Shown here: positions 44,167-53,106 of the stretch, piece after piece
Layout: each line of letters begins with the position of its first letter
How positions within the stretch are numbered: position 1 is the stretch's first letter
Assembly (NCBI GenBank): GCA_902768715.1
Contig: CACXMH010000013.1
Span: 410-64,409, forward strand
Reading direction: 5' to 3'
From: Fibrobacter succinogenes
GTDB lineage: Bacteria; Fibrobacterota; Fibrobacteria; Fibrobacterales; Fibrobacteraceae
Length of the DNA: 64,000 nt
Translations under genes and position numbers: made by a program
The notes under the pieces: model-generated
What the model saw: only the letters and a program-made list of their open reading frames with translations
What the model was told of the DNA's origin: nothing
Databases searched by the model: none

Positions 44167-46068
44167 ATGAAACATAAACTCTTGACCCTCGCCTCGGCTG
44201 CGGCTCTGCTCGCTGCTTGTAGCGACTCCTCGGTTTCCGATGCCAATGACGAAATCAAGGACAAGGCCACCGTGACCTTTATGGTCGTGGACAACAATAC
44301 CAACCTCCCGTTGGAAAATGTTGAGGTCTATTTCCGTCCGACCGATAAGACCAAGTACACTGACTCTGCAGGTACCAGCGTCTGGAAAGATGTGGAATAC
44401 GGTGAAGATATTTACTGGGATTTCAAGCTTGATGGCTATGCTATGAAGCGTTTCAAGTACACCTTTACGGATGATATCGCCAATGACGTGGCCCGTGTAA
44501 AGGATAAGCACCCCAGGATTGACATGTACAAGACGGGTGTGACTGTCAAGGGTAAGTTCTATTACACCGACGTGGAAACGGGTAACTACCTTCCTGCCGC
44601 CAAGGTGAAGGTCTATGCCAAGTACACCGGTGATGCCGAAATCTATCCTAACGAAGTTTATACCACCACCGCGGAAGACGGTTCTTATGAATTCAAGAAC
44701 ATGGCTGCCGACGTGCAAATCACTGTAAGTGGTGAACGCTTCATCCTGGAAGGCACCAACATCGTCTATGACGAGACTGTCATTGACTCCTTTGCTCAGC
44801 GCAAGGGCGAAGCCAAGGAAGTGGTCAAGGAACTTGACCCCAAGGCCGCTCCGGTGCTTGGCCTTACTCCGGTGCTCCTCTCCAGCAACCTGAAGAAGAT
44901 TGACTCCACCACTGCCCTGCAGCTGGAGTTCTCTGAAGACCTGGAAAAGGATTCCGTGAAGACGGAACATGTCTATGTCCAAAACGCTGCAGGTAAGAGA
45001 GTTGCCGTGGTGGTGTCTTACAATGCCGACAACAAGACCGTGACCGTGAAGCCCGCTTCTGGCAAGTGGGTCGATGGCAACGACTACAAGGTCAATTTCG
45101 GTGTTTGGACCAAGACCGCTATCAAGGATCAGGATGCTGATGGTGGCGTTCGTGACTTCTCCGTGGGTACCGTGAAGATTCCGGGTAAGGCCGAAAATGT
45201 GAAGCTTGACACAGCCAAGAACAAGGACGTGGTGATTAGCTTCTACGGTGAACGCACCTATGCCACCCGTAACGACTCAATTGGTTACAATGCCATCATC
45301 AGCCTGATTTGGAAGGAAGTGTCCAAGGGTGTCAAGGGCTACAATGTCTATGTGAAGGGCGACAATGCTGAAAATGCTGACTTTGTCAAGGTTCAGGAAT
45401 TGGGCGCCAGTGCCCATGCAACTTCCATTGACGTTGCTTCGTTCTTGAACGACGACAACAATATGAAATATCCTGTTAGCGCCAAGGAAGTGAAGACCGT
45501 CCAGGTTATCGTGCTGCCCTTCAGCTCTGCTGGTGAATCCGACGCTTCTAAGGCCGATGTGATTACGGTCAAGGTGGCTGATAAGGCCAAGGCCAAGATG
45601 GACACTTATGAAAAAGCCTCTGTTAAGAGCGTGGAAACCCTTAAGGCTTCTGCGGGTTACGCTTGCACGGGTGAAAATGTGACTACTTGCCCAGTCTCGG
45701 CATCTACCGAAGCCGAAGTTCTTGCTGCTGATTATTTCGCTCTTGACTACGTTATCGACTTTACCCCTGTTGAAAAGGATGGTGCTGCCGGTTACCTCGT
45801 GTACTTCAAGAATGGTAACACTTGGGTAGAAGTGGCTTCTACGACTGCGGCTGCTACCAAGATTACCGTAACGCACAACTCCGTTGAGAATGGTCCCTTC
45901 TGGGAGAAGGCGCTGCAGAACAAGTCTTCTGTCACCAATAATGATGCGGAATTTGCCGTGGTGCCGTACTTCCTTTCTGCAACTAGTGAGAAGATTGCTT
46001 CTACCTCGCTCGGCAAGACCGGAACGCAGTCTCGTAAGATTGCCTCGATTATTGACGACCTTGAGTAA
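44167..46068 (+). CDS. Large lipoprotein with carboxypeptidase-regulatory-like and Ig-like (SbsA-type) domains
   Basis: Lipobox LLAACSDS. There are beta-sandwich-like repeats and a segment TALQLEFSEDLEKDSV...VTVKPAS that is typical of Big_5-type domains. Confidence 0.55.
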   Translation: MKHKLLTLASAAALLAACSDSSVSDANDEIKDKATVTFMVVDNNTNLPLENVEVYFRPTDKTKYTDSAGTSVWKDVEYGEDIYWDFKLDGYAMKRFKYTFTDDIANDVARVKDKHPRIDMYKTGVTVKGKFYYTDVETGNYLPAAKVKVYAKYTGDAEIYPNEVYTTTAEDGSYEFKNMAADVQITVSGERFILEGTNIVYDETVIDSFAQRKGEAKEVVKELDPKAAPVLGLTPVLLSSNLKKIDSTTALQLEFSEDLEKDSVKTEHVYVQNAAGKRVAVVVSYNADNKTVTVKPASGKWVDGNDYKVNFGVWTKTAIKDQDADGGVRDFSVGTVKIPGKAENVKLDTAKNKDVVISFYGERTYATRNDSIGYNAIISLIWKEVSKGVKGYNVYVKGDNAENADFVKVQELGASAHATSIDVASFLNDDNNMKYPVSAKEVKTVQVIVLPFSSAGESDASKADVITVKVADKAKAKMDTYEKASVKSVETLKASAGYACTGENVTTCPVSASTEAEVLAADYFALDYVIDFTPVEKDGAAGYLVYFKNGNTWVEVASTTAAATKITVTHNSVENGPFWEKALQNKSSVTNNDAEFAVVPYFLSATSEKIASTSLGKTGTQSRKIASIIDDLE

Positions 46069-46093
46069 TCGACAATCTTAATCGATGTCTTTC

Positions 46094-46127
46094 AAAAGAC
46101 CGTGTCCTTCGGGGCATGGTCTTTTTT
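46094..46127 (+). terminator. Imperfect hairpin plus T-run
   Basis: AAAAGACCGTGTCC ttcg GGGCATGGTC TTTTTT. Confidence 0.55.
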
Positions 46128-46163
46128 CTATATTGTCTCTAGCGATTTTAACCGGAGGTTCTT

Positions 46164-46856
46164 TTGAACAATTCCATTCCTTTGGTGCAAATGGTGTTGC
46201 AGTCCGATATTGCAACCATCGTTGTCCTTTGCATATTGGCGATTATGTCTCTGGGATCCTGGGGCATCATCATTGTCAAGTACATTACCTACCTCAAGAA
46301 CAAGCACGCCAATGCCGAATTTTTCCGCAAGTTCAATACGGTGACCCAGTTCGTGGAACTTCAGGAATTGTGCGAAAAGGCCGAAGACAGTGCGCTTCGC
46401 CGCCTTACCGCCGAAGTTTTGAAAGAGGCTTCCAAGTTCAGTAACTTCGTAAGTTACGACTCTATCCAGCACAGAGCCTCCCTTCTGGAAGATACCATCC
46501 AGCGCTCTATCGAGGGCCTTCGCCTTACCGAAGACAAGTACCTGAGCTTTTTGGCCACCAGTTCCAATCTGGCTCCCTTCTTTGGACTTTTGGGAACTGT
46601 TTGGGGAATCATGATTGCCTTTTTCCAGATTGGCCAGCACGGTTCTGCCGACCTTTCTGTGGTAGCTCCTGGTATCGCCATGGCCTTGATTACTACGGTA
46701 GGCGGCCTGGTGGTGGCAATTCCTGCCTCTGCGGGCTACAACTACTTTACCAGCTGTAACGGCCAGAACGAGATTTCTTATTTCAACTTTGGTTCCCAGG
46801 TGCTGAGCTTGTTCAAACGCGGTGACCTGCTGGCTCTCGAAGAAGTGGCGGGCTAG
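46164..46856 (+). CDS. tolQ: MotA/TolQ/ExbB proton-channel protein (TolQ by context)
   Basis: Three TM helices and the LGLLGTVWGIMIAF motif. It is the first gene of a tol-pal-like cluster. Confidence 0.85.
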   Translation: MNNSIPLVQMVLQSDIATIVVLCILAIMSLGSWGIIIVKYITYLKNKHANAEFFRKFNTVTQFVELQELCEKAEDSALRRLTAEVLKEASKFSNFVSYDSIQHRASLLEDTIQRSIEGLRLTEDKYLSFLATSSNLAPFFGLLGTVWGIMIAFFQIGQHGSADLSVVAPGIAMALITTVGGLVVAIPASAGYNYFTSCNGQNEISYFNFGSQVLSLFKRGDLLALEEVAG

Positions 46857-46865
46857 GAGGCCTAG

Positions 46866-47273
46866 GTGAAGCGTAGCCGCGGAAAAGAACTGAAGCAGGA
46901 GATGAACCTCACGAACATGATTGATATCGTGTTCTCGATTCTGATTGTGTTCATCATTTCTGCCCCCCTTATGAGCCAGGGCGTCAAGGTGGACTTGCCC
47001 AAGGCCGAAGCTCCTACCATGGAGCAGGAAAAACTTTTGAAGGTGTCTATCACCAAGGACGATGAAATCTACATCGCCGATATGATGGTGGATTTCGACA
47101 GCTTCAATAGCGTGTTTCAGTCCCTCTGGAATGGTGAGATGGCGGTGGTCATCAACTCCGACGAATCTGTTCGTTATGGTCTGGTAATGCAGGTGGTGAC
47201 CCAGGTGCAAAAGCTGGGTGTGACCAAGCTTGGATTCTTGACCATGAACCCCAAAGAAACTCCGGGTAAATGA
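46866..47273 (+). CDS. tolR: ExbD/TolR protein
   Basis: 135 aa with an N-terminal TM (NLTNMIDIVFSILIVFII) and a periplasmic ExbD fold pattern. Confidence 0.85.
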   Translation: MKRSRGKELKQEMNLTNMIDIVFSILIVFIISAPLMSQGVKVDLPKAEAPTMEQEKLLKVSITKDDEIYIADMMVDFDSFNSVFQSLWNGEMAVVINSDESVRYGLVMQVVTQVQKLGVTKLGFLTMNPKETPGK

Positions 47274-47983
47274 AGAAGTTTCAAGACAGGATACAGTATT
47301 TCGCTTCCGATGTAGATTCTACATTGGTAAAGATTATCGTGTGCGCCGTGGTGTTCCACCTGGCCATTGTCGGAATCTGTATCGCTTTCCACTACGTGAA
47401 CGTGAAGCCTGAACCGGAGCCCATTCCCGTGTTCGAGATGGTGCAGGTATCACAACCGAAACCGCCTGCTCCGCCCAGGACGCAGCCGCCTCCGCCCAAG
47501 CCCAAGCCCAAACCGAAGGTCAACAAGAGGTTGCCGCCGGATATCAAGCCCGAACCAGAGGAAAAGCCGGAGGTGGTAGATGAAGATCCGAAACCGCCCG
47601 AGCCTGAGCCGGAACCGGTGGATGATTTCCCCATGGACGATATGGACTTGCCCGTTGCCATGGAAGCACCGAGTCTAGACCCGGTGGGTTCTGTGGATAT
47701 GGACCCTCTGATGCAGGTGTACCTGGAACAGCTCAAGAAGATTATCATGAGTAATTTCAGACCGCCCAAAGATCTTAAGGTTGGTAGGGATGCCAAGACT
47801 ACGGTGCAGTTTACCGTGGACCGATTCGGGAAAATTACGGCTGTCATACTCAAGAAGTCTTCGGGTAACAAGGCCTGGGATCACCTTTCGGTGCGTGCTA
47901 TCCAGATTTCCAAGGTGCCAGAATTGCCTTTCAATTACCGTGCCCCGAATCTGGTGCTGAATTTCAACTTTACGCCTAACTGA
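47270..47983 (+). CDS. TonB-C-domain protein occupying the TolA position
   Basis: N-terminal TM, a Pro/Lys/Glu-rich spacer (PPPPKPKPKPK, EPEPEP) and a C-terminal TonB_C-like domain. Confidence 0.7.
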   Translation: MKKFQDRIQYFASDVDSTLVKIIVCAVVFHLAIVGICIAFHYVNVKPEPEPIPVFEMVQVSQPKPPAPPRTQPPPPKPKPKPKVNKRLPPDIKPEPEEKPEVVDEDPKPPEPEPEPVDDFPMDDMDLPVAMEAPSLDPVGSVDMDPLMQVYLEQLKKIIMSNFRPPKDLKVGRDAKTTVQFTVDRFGKITAVILKKSSGNKAWDHLSVRAIQISKVPELPFNYRAPNLVLNFNFTPN

Positions 47984-48015
47984 TTTTGTATAATTGTAAG
48001 AGAGTATTTTTAAGA

Positions 48016-49323
48016 ATGAGAGAAAATTTGAAAAGGTTTGTTTGGGGACTTGTCCTTGCCTTGGCCTGTGTTTTCCCGCAGGGAGTGTTTGCCTCTATCG
48101 ATACCATTGCCGTAGATGTGGGTATTTCTGTTTTCAAGACTACGCCCATAGGCATTGTCCCCTTTGAAGAAAAACCGGGTATTGACTGGATCGAGGAAAA
48201 ACCCCATCAGATTTTGACTCGCGATGCGAACCTTTCGGGACGCTTTGATGTGGTGGCTTCTGAAAAGTTTAACTTGGCCCTGTTCAGCCGCTCCAAGGCG
48301 AAGCATTACATGACGGGGAAGGTTGAACCTACAAGCGATGGCCGCCTTGCCGTAGATTGTTACTTGTATGTGTCCCAGTCCAAGGACTTGCTCCTTGGTG
48401 AACGCTATACGGTGCCTCAGAAGGAACTCCGCCGTGCCATGCACGCCTTCTTTGACAAGGTGATTTACCAGCTGTGGGGTGAGCGCGGCGTGGCCAGCAC
48501 CCGCATTGCATACGTTTCGAAGATTGACGGTGTGAAGCAGGTGGTGGTGTCCGATTATGATGGTTTCCACCGCTCCCAGATTACCAGGGATTCCACTATA
48601 AGCATGATGCCGGTGTGGACCCGAAACAACAAGGGTCTTGTGTATGTGAACTTCAAGACCAACCGCCCGAGACTCTACACCAAGAACTTTGGCAGGCCCG
48701 AAAAGCCCTTGTTCGAACAGTTCGACCAGACCTACAGCCCTGCGGTGAATCCCGTGAATGGGGAACTTTTATTCTCCTCTTCTAAGGACGGCAAGACGGA
48801 CTTGTATATCGGAAACATGGAGACGGGCAAGGCCCGCAAGTTTGCCTACCTGAAGAGCAACCAGACCAGCCCCGCTTGGAGCCCGTATGCTACCGAAGTC
48901 TTGTTTACCAGCGACCGTGGTGGTGGCCCGCAGATTTTTGTGATGGGCAAGGACGGAAGCGACCTGCGTCGAGTGACCTTTATGGGCCGTTACAATGAAC
49001 GCGCCAGCTGGTCACCCGAAGGAGACCGCATTGCCTACACCTCCATGGACAACGGCAAGATGAACATTTACACCTGCGCCCTGGACGGTAGCGACATTGT
49101 GCAGCTCACCAACAACGCAGGTAATAATGAACACCCCACCTGGTCGCCGGATGGCAAGCTTATTGCTTTTTCTAGCAACCGGAGCGGCACCTACCAGATT
49201 TACATTATGCGGAAAGACGGAAGCAACGTGACCCGCATTACCCAGGCCGGCGAAAATACTGCGCCTACATGGTCCTGGTTCTACGAAGAAAATAAACCAC
49301 AACCTAAAGAAGGATCCAAATGA
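48016..49323 (+). CDS. tolB: Tol-Pal system beta-propeller protein TolB
   Basis: Signal peptide after the ATG at 48016. Repeated WD40-like PD40 motifs (P.WSPDG..IAF.S.R.G). The track start at 47986 is a TTG. Confidence 0.85.
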   Translation: MRENLKRFVWGLVLALACVFPQGVFASIDTIAVDVGISVFKTTPIGIVPFEEKPGIDWIEEKPHQILTRDANLSGRFDVVASEKFNLALFSRSKAKHYMTGKVEPTSDGRLAVDCYLYVSQSKDLLLGERYTVPQKELRRAMHAFFDKVIYQLWGERGVASTRIAYVSKIDGVKQVVVSDYDGFHRSQITRDSTISMMPVWTRNNKGLVYVNFKTNRPRLYTKNFGRPEKPLFEQFDQTYSPAVNPVNGELLFSSSKDGKTDLYIGNMETGKARKFAYLKSNQTSPAWSPYATEVLFTSDRGGGPQIFVMGKDGSDLRRVTFMGRYNERASWSPEGDRIAYTSMDNGKMNIYTCALDGSDIVQLTNNAGNNEHPTWSPDGKLIAFSSNRSGTYQIYIMRKDGSNVTRITQAGENTAPTWSWFYEENKPQPKEGSK

Positions 49324-49904
49324 AAAACATCGTCAAGATTGCATTGATTTCTAGCGCTGCCTGCCTTGCATTGGTGGCGTGTGCCAAGAAGCAGCAACCC
49401 CAGACTGACCCTGCTGCCGAAGCTACTCCTGCCGCTGCCGCAGGCCAGGAAGCAGCTCCTGCCATGACTCAGGCCCAGGCTGATTCCCTGGCTGCCGAAC
49501 AGGCCCGCCTAGAGGCGGAACGCCTGGAAGCAGAACGCGCCCGTCTGGAAGCGCTTATTAACCAGATTATGTCTGAAGACGTTTACTTTGACTTTGACCG
49601 TTCGGAACTCACAGAAAAGGCCAAGGAACTGCTGGCCCAAGTGGGCGAACTGTTGCTCAAGGAACAGCGCTTCACCATCACCATCGAAGGCCACACCGAT
49701 GCCCGCGGTACAGAAGACTATAACTTTACTTTGGGTGCAAAGCGCGCCATGAAGGTGAAGGAATTCCTGGCCGCCTATGGTATCGAGAACAGCCGTATGG
49801 AATCGGTGAGTTACGGTAAGGAAGCCCCGAAGGCCGCTGGTGAAACGGAAGAAGCCTATTCCCAGAACCGCCGTGCCAACTTCCGCGTGAATATCAAGCA
49901 GTAA
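49320..49904 (+). CDS. pal: Peptidoglycan-associated lipoprotein (OmpA family)
   Basis: Lipobox LALVACAK. The OmpA_C domain has VYFDFDRSELT, IEGHTDARGTEDYNFTLGAKRA and NRRANF. Confidence 0.88.
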   Translation: MKNIVKIALISSAACLALVACAKKQQPQTDPAAEATPAAAAGQEAAPAMTQAQADSLAAEQARLEAERLEAERARLEALINQIMSEDVYFDFDRSELTEKAKELLAQVGELLLKEQRFTITIEGHTDARGTEDYNFTLGAKRAMKVKEFLAAYGIENSRMESVSYGKEAPKAAGETEEAYSQNRRANFRVNIKQ

Positions 49905-49988
49905 TTATAGGTTTTAGGTTATAGGTATTAGGTTTTAGGTAGTAGGTATTAGGTCCGAGGCCCTAGCCCCTAGATCCTAGCCCCTAAA
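49905..49988. repeat. Dyad-symmetric heptad array (12 units) between pal and ybgF
   Basis: ttatagg ttttagg ttatagg tattagg ttttagg tagtagg tattagg tccgagg ccctagc ccctaga tcctagc ccctaaa. Confidence 0.9.
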
Positions 49989-50024
49989 TTCCAACAATCT
50001 ATTCATTCTTCAACAATTACGAAT

Positions 50025-50960
50025 ATGAAACGTTTATCGATTTGTATTGCTGCAACGCTTATAGCCCTTACGGGCTGTTCCAAGATTACCATGCTCCGTA
50101 CCGAGGAGATGAAGGCTGTGGGTAGCGATGTGCAGACGGGTATGCAGCAGGGTCTGGATTCTGCCGTGCTGAAACTTTCTGCAGAGAACGATTCCCTGCG
50201 TGCGGAGATGGATAGTCTGAAGGCTCAACTGGAGGCTTCTGCCCTGGTGCAAAAACGCATGATGGCCGAAGTCACCATGCTGTCGCGCCGTATGGGTGAT
50301 GAATCGGAAAGGAACGATTCCAGGCAAGAAGAAATCATCTACCGCTTGGATATGCTGCTGGGCAAGAGCGACAAGATTCTGGCCAAGAAGGTTGTGGTCA
50401 GCGGTGCTCCTGCGGCTCCCATTTCTATGGACAGCCTGGAGCGTGAAGCCGAAAAGCTGGTGGAAGCCGAAGCCATGTTCAATACGGCCCGTTCCGACTA
50501 CCATCGCGGTGAATACAAGCTTGCCTACGCCGGTTTCAAGCAGGTCTATGAACAGATGAAGACCGGTGAACTTGGGGAGAATTCCCTTTATTGGATGGCG
50601 CTGTGCCTGATTGACGCCAACCAGGTGGAAAAGGCGAAGAAGGTGTTTGTGAGCCTCGCGGACGCTTTCCCCGAAGGCCAGAAGGTCTGCACTACCATGT
50701 TCAAGCTGGCGGCTATCTACAGCACCGAAGGCAACATCGATATGCAGAAGCAGTACCTGCAGAAAATTCTGAATAGCAAGACTTGCTCTACTTCGGGAGA
50801 ATTCGAACAGGCGGCAGAAATCTTGCAAGAGATTCTGGAACAGGAAACTCAGACGGGTCCCAAGACTGCCGAACCATCGAATGGTCCTGAGGCCGCCGCA
50901 CCTGCGACGGATGCCCCTGCGACAGAAGCTCAGCCTGCCGCACCAGCGCCTGCTCCGTGA
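50025..50960 (+). CDS. Tol-Pal system protein YbgF/CpoB-like (coiled coil plus TPR)
   Basis: Lipoprotein-like signal (LIALTGCS), an N-terminal coiled coil, C-terminal TPR-like repeats, and its position after pal. Confidence 0.7.
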   Translation: MKRLSICIAATLIALTGCSKITMLRTEEMKAVGSDVQTGMQQGLDSAVLKLSAENDSLRAEMDSLKAQLEASALVQKRMMAEVTMLSRRMGDESERNDSRQEEIIYRLDMLLGKSDKILAKKVVVSGAPAAPISMDSLEREAEKLVEAEAMFNTARSDYHRGEYKLAYAGFKQVYEQMKTGELGENSLYWMALCLIDANQVEKAKKVFVSLADAFPEGQKVCTTMFKLAAIYSTEGNIDMQKQYLQKILNSKTCSTSGEFEQAAEILQEILEQETQTGPKTAEPSNGPEAAAPATDAPATEAQPAAPAPAP

Positions 50961-50965
50961 TTCTA

Positions 50966-51013
50966 GATGGCGGCTCCCCTCGACTGCGCTCAGGGCAGGC
51001 TGACCGCCATGAC
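50966..51013. repeat. ATGGCGG...CCGCCATGAC hairpin repeat with a gctcagggcaggct loop
   Basis: gATGGCGGctcccctcgactgcgctcagggcaggctgaCCGCCATgac. The loop is shared with 20447-20470. Confidence 0.7.
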
Positions 51014-51018
51014 GAAAT

Positions 51019-51054
51019 AAAAAAGGCGAGTCAGATGACTCGCCCTTTCTTTAT
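51019..51054. terminator. Bidirectional intrinsic terminator
   Basis: AAAAAA GGCGAGTC agat GACTCGCC CTTTCTTT between convergent genes. Confidence 0.75.
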
Positions 51055-51061
51055 ACTTTGA

Positions 51062-52156
51062 TTACTTGATGGTACTGGTCAGGCGGAAGGCGAGACCGAC
51101 GTCGCTGACTTCGTTTTCGCTATAGACGCTGAACTGCAGCTTGGACTTGCCGATGTTACGGACCAGGGCCACCGTCCATGCCCAGTCATCCATTTCGGCC
51201 TTGCTGCCTGCCATAATCTGCCTGTCGTTGATGTATTCCCCTTCTACCATAAGGTTGGAAAGGAGCACGTTCAGTCCAGGAACCAGGCTGACGGGAAGTT
51301 CCAGGCCGACATATGTGGGCTGGTAGTAAATTCCCGGCTGGAAATATTTGGATTCCGGAGCGATATAGTTGGAAGCTTCGGTATCGAGGTCATCATCCTG
51401 TGTGTAGATGCAGGCGTATTCACCATAGAGACGCAGGTTCGGGATAATGGAGTAGCTTGCGTAGGCGGCTACACGGTGGGTGAGGTAGGCGGTGTTCTGT
51501 ACCACGTCGATGAGGTTTCCGCGGTAGGCCACTTTCACATCCAGCGGGAAGGTAAATTTCATGTCGTCTTCTACACGGAGGTAGCCCTGGTTGGCATTGC
51601 CGTCTTTGGTGGCGAGCATGGCGTTCAGTTGGTTGTTCTGGTGCTTCCAGCCCAGTTCAATGGCGTTGTGGCTGTAGTCGCGCATCCAGAGACCGCGCTT
51701 GGTCAGGTCCTTGTCGATATAGGTACCGTAGTGAGTCGATTGGGACCAGTCCGTTTTCCAGCGGCCGATTTTCAGGTTCACCTGGTCAAGGTCTGTAACC
51801 TTCCACTTGTAGTTTGCCCAGTAGAGGTCAGCGAGAATCTTGTCTTGTGCGGACTTGGTGGCCTTGGCGTTGCCATTTTCATCGGTGGCTACATCCGTTA
51901 CGTTCTTGTTGCCGAATTCCGGAGCGAAAATGCGGAGCATGATGGTTCCGTCCAGGTTGTCGCTTTTGTACTGACCGCCCACGTTGGCGCGAATCCATCC
52001 GCTGCTGAAATTATGGTCATCGTCATTGATGGACTTGGTGACCTGGGTTTGCACATTTCCCTTGAGGGTCATATTGTCGGTAACGCTGGCTGCGTCTGCG
52101 GCATAGGCGGCAATGCCTGTGGCGAGAATAGCTGCACCGAAGATTCCGTAATTCAT
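51062..52156 (-). CDS. Outer-membrane beta-barrel (porin-like) hypothetical protein
   Basis: Signal peptide (ILATGIAAYAADA). Alternating hydrophobic/aromatic beta-strand pattern throughout. Confidence 0.6.
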   Translation of the reverse strand: MNYGIFGAAILATGIAAYAADAASVTDNMTLKGNVQTQVTKSINDDDHNFSSGWIRANVGGQYKSDNLDGTIMLRIFAPEFGNKNVTDVATDENGNAKATKSAQDKILADLYWANYKWKVTDLDQVNLKIGRWKTDWSQSTHYGTYIDKDLTKRGLWMRDYSHNAIELGWKHQNNQLNAMLATKDGNANQGYLRVEDDMKFTFPLDVKVAYRGNLIDVVQNTAYLTHRVAAYASYSIIPNLRLYGEYACIYTQDDDLDTEASNYIAPESKYFQPGIYYQPTYVGLELPVSLVPGLNVLLSNLMVEGEYINDRQIMAGSKAEMDDWAWTVALVRNIGKSKLQFSVYSENEVSDVGLAFRLTSTIK

Positions 52157-52241
52157 AGGGTGAAACTCCTGTTACATTTGTACGGGACAAATTTAGTTTT
52201 TTTAATGTTATTTTGTTAAATTGAGGTAAAAAGAGGTTGTT

Positions 52242-52787
52242 ATGCAAATACTTTTTTTGATGGCCGACGGTTTCGAGGAAACCGAATTCGTCACACCTTT
52301 CGACTACCTGCAGCGGGCGGGTTTTGAGGTTGCTCTCGCAAGCGTTTCCGGTAAGGCCGAAGTGGTAGGATCCCATGGCCTTAAAATCCAGACGGATTTT
52401 GCACTTTCGGGAGCCGATACCGCAAAGTTCGGCGCCGTCCTTTTGCCGGGTGGTGGGACGGGCGTCAGGAACCTGAAGGCCTCCGCCGATGTAGAGAAGG
52501 TCATCTGCGATTTCAACGATCAGGACAAGTGGATTCTTGCCATCTGCGCCGCTCCTTTGGTACTGAGCAAGGCGGGAATCCTGGTGGATAGAACCGTTAC
52601 TTGTTTCCCGGGCTGCGAAGCGGAGCTGGTCTGCAACAAGTTTCTGGAAGATCGTGTAGTGGTGGACGGCAACATTGTCACCAGTCGCGGCGCGGGCACC
52701 GCCGAAGAATTTGCCTTCGAGTGCATCGCTCAGCTGGGCAGCCGCGACCTTGCGGAAAAAATCCGCAAGCAGGTGGTAGCGCGGTAG
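52242..52787 (+). CDS. DJ-1/PfpI/ThiJ-family protein
   Basis: LLPGG, the nucleophile elbow AICAAP, and VTSRGAGTA. Confidence 0.85.
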   Translation: MQILFLMADGFEETEFVTPFDYLQRAGFEVALASVSGKAEVVGSHGLKIQTDFALSGADTAKFGAVLLPGGGTGVRNLKASADVEKVICDFNDQDKWILAICAAPLVLSKAGILVDRTVTCFPGCEAELVCNKFLEDRVVVDGNIVTSRGAGTAEEFAFECIAQLGSRDLAEKIRKQVVAR

Positions 52788-52962
52788 ATGTGAGGTCGGG
52801 GCTTCGCCCCTTTGAGGTATGGGGTATGAGGTGTGGTCCTTCAGGTCAAGCAATGTGGAATGTGTAGTGAATCATGAGTTGTGAGTTGTGAGGTGTGGGT
52901 CGTGAGTAGTGTGTAATGTGTAGTGTGGAGTGTGGAGTGTGGGATGAATAATGAACGATGAT
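52788..52962 (+). repeat. Heptad array, about 25 consecutive 7-nt units of type NNNTGNG
   Basis: In register from 52788: ...caatgtg gaatgtg tagtgaa tcatgag ttgtgag ttgtgag gtgtggg tcgtgag tagtgtg taatgtg tagtgtg gagtgtg gagtgtg ggatgaa taatgaa cgatgat. Confidence 0.9.
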
Positions 52963-52970
52963 TCCATCTT

Positions 52971-53099
52971 CGTCATGTTCGCGAAGGCGAACATCTGCTA
53001 GCTGTTATCAAGCGGATCCTCGCCTTCGCGAGGATGACGTTCCTCAAAGCGAAGCGACCTCAAACCCCTAGCCCCTAGATCCTAGCCCCTAGCCCCTAA
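52971..53099. repeat. Two hairpin repeats, the conserved flank module, and 5 CCCCTAG-type heptads
   Basis: GTTCGC gaag GCGAAC; GGATCCTCGC cttc GCGAGGATGAC; cctcaaagcgaagcgacctcaaacc (the same flank as in 28563-28711 and 41989-42137); cccctag cccctag atcctag cccctag cccctaa. Confidence 0.85.
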
Positions 53100-53106
53100 T
53101 CTCTAT

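Noticed and set aside
49905-49988. Heptad units resembling plant-type telomere repeats (TTTAGGG/CCCTAAA), raising the possibility of eukaryotic contamination.
   Set aside because: The units are degenerate (ttatagg, tattagg, tagtagg ...). The arrays are under 200 bp, internal, and embedded between bacterial genes with bacterial hairpin repeats. The resemblance is superficial.
52788-52962. Heptad arrays as CRISPR arrays.
   Set aside because: The period is 7 nt with no spacers, no 25-40-nt direct repeats and no cas genes, so these are not CRISPR.
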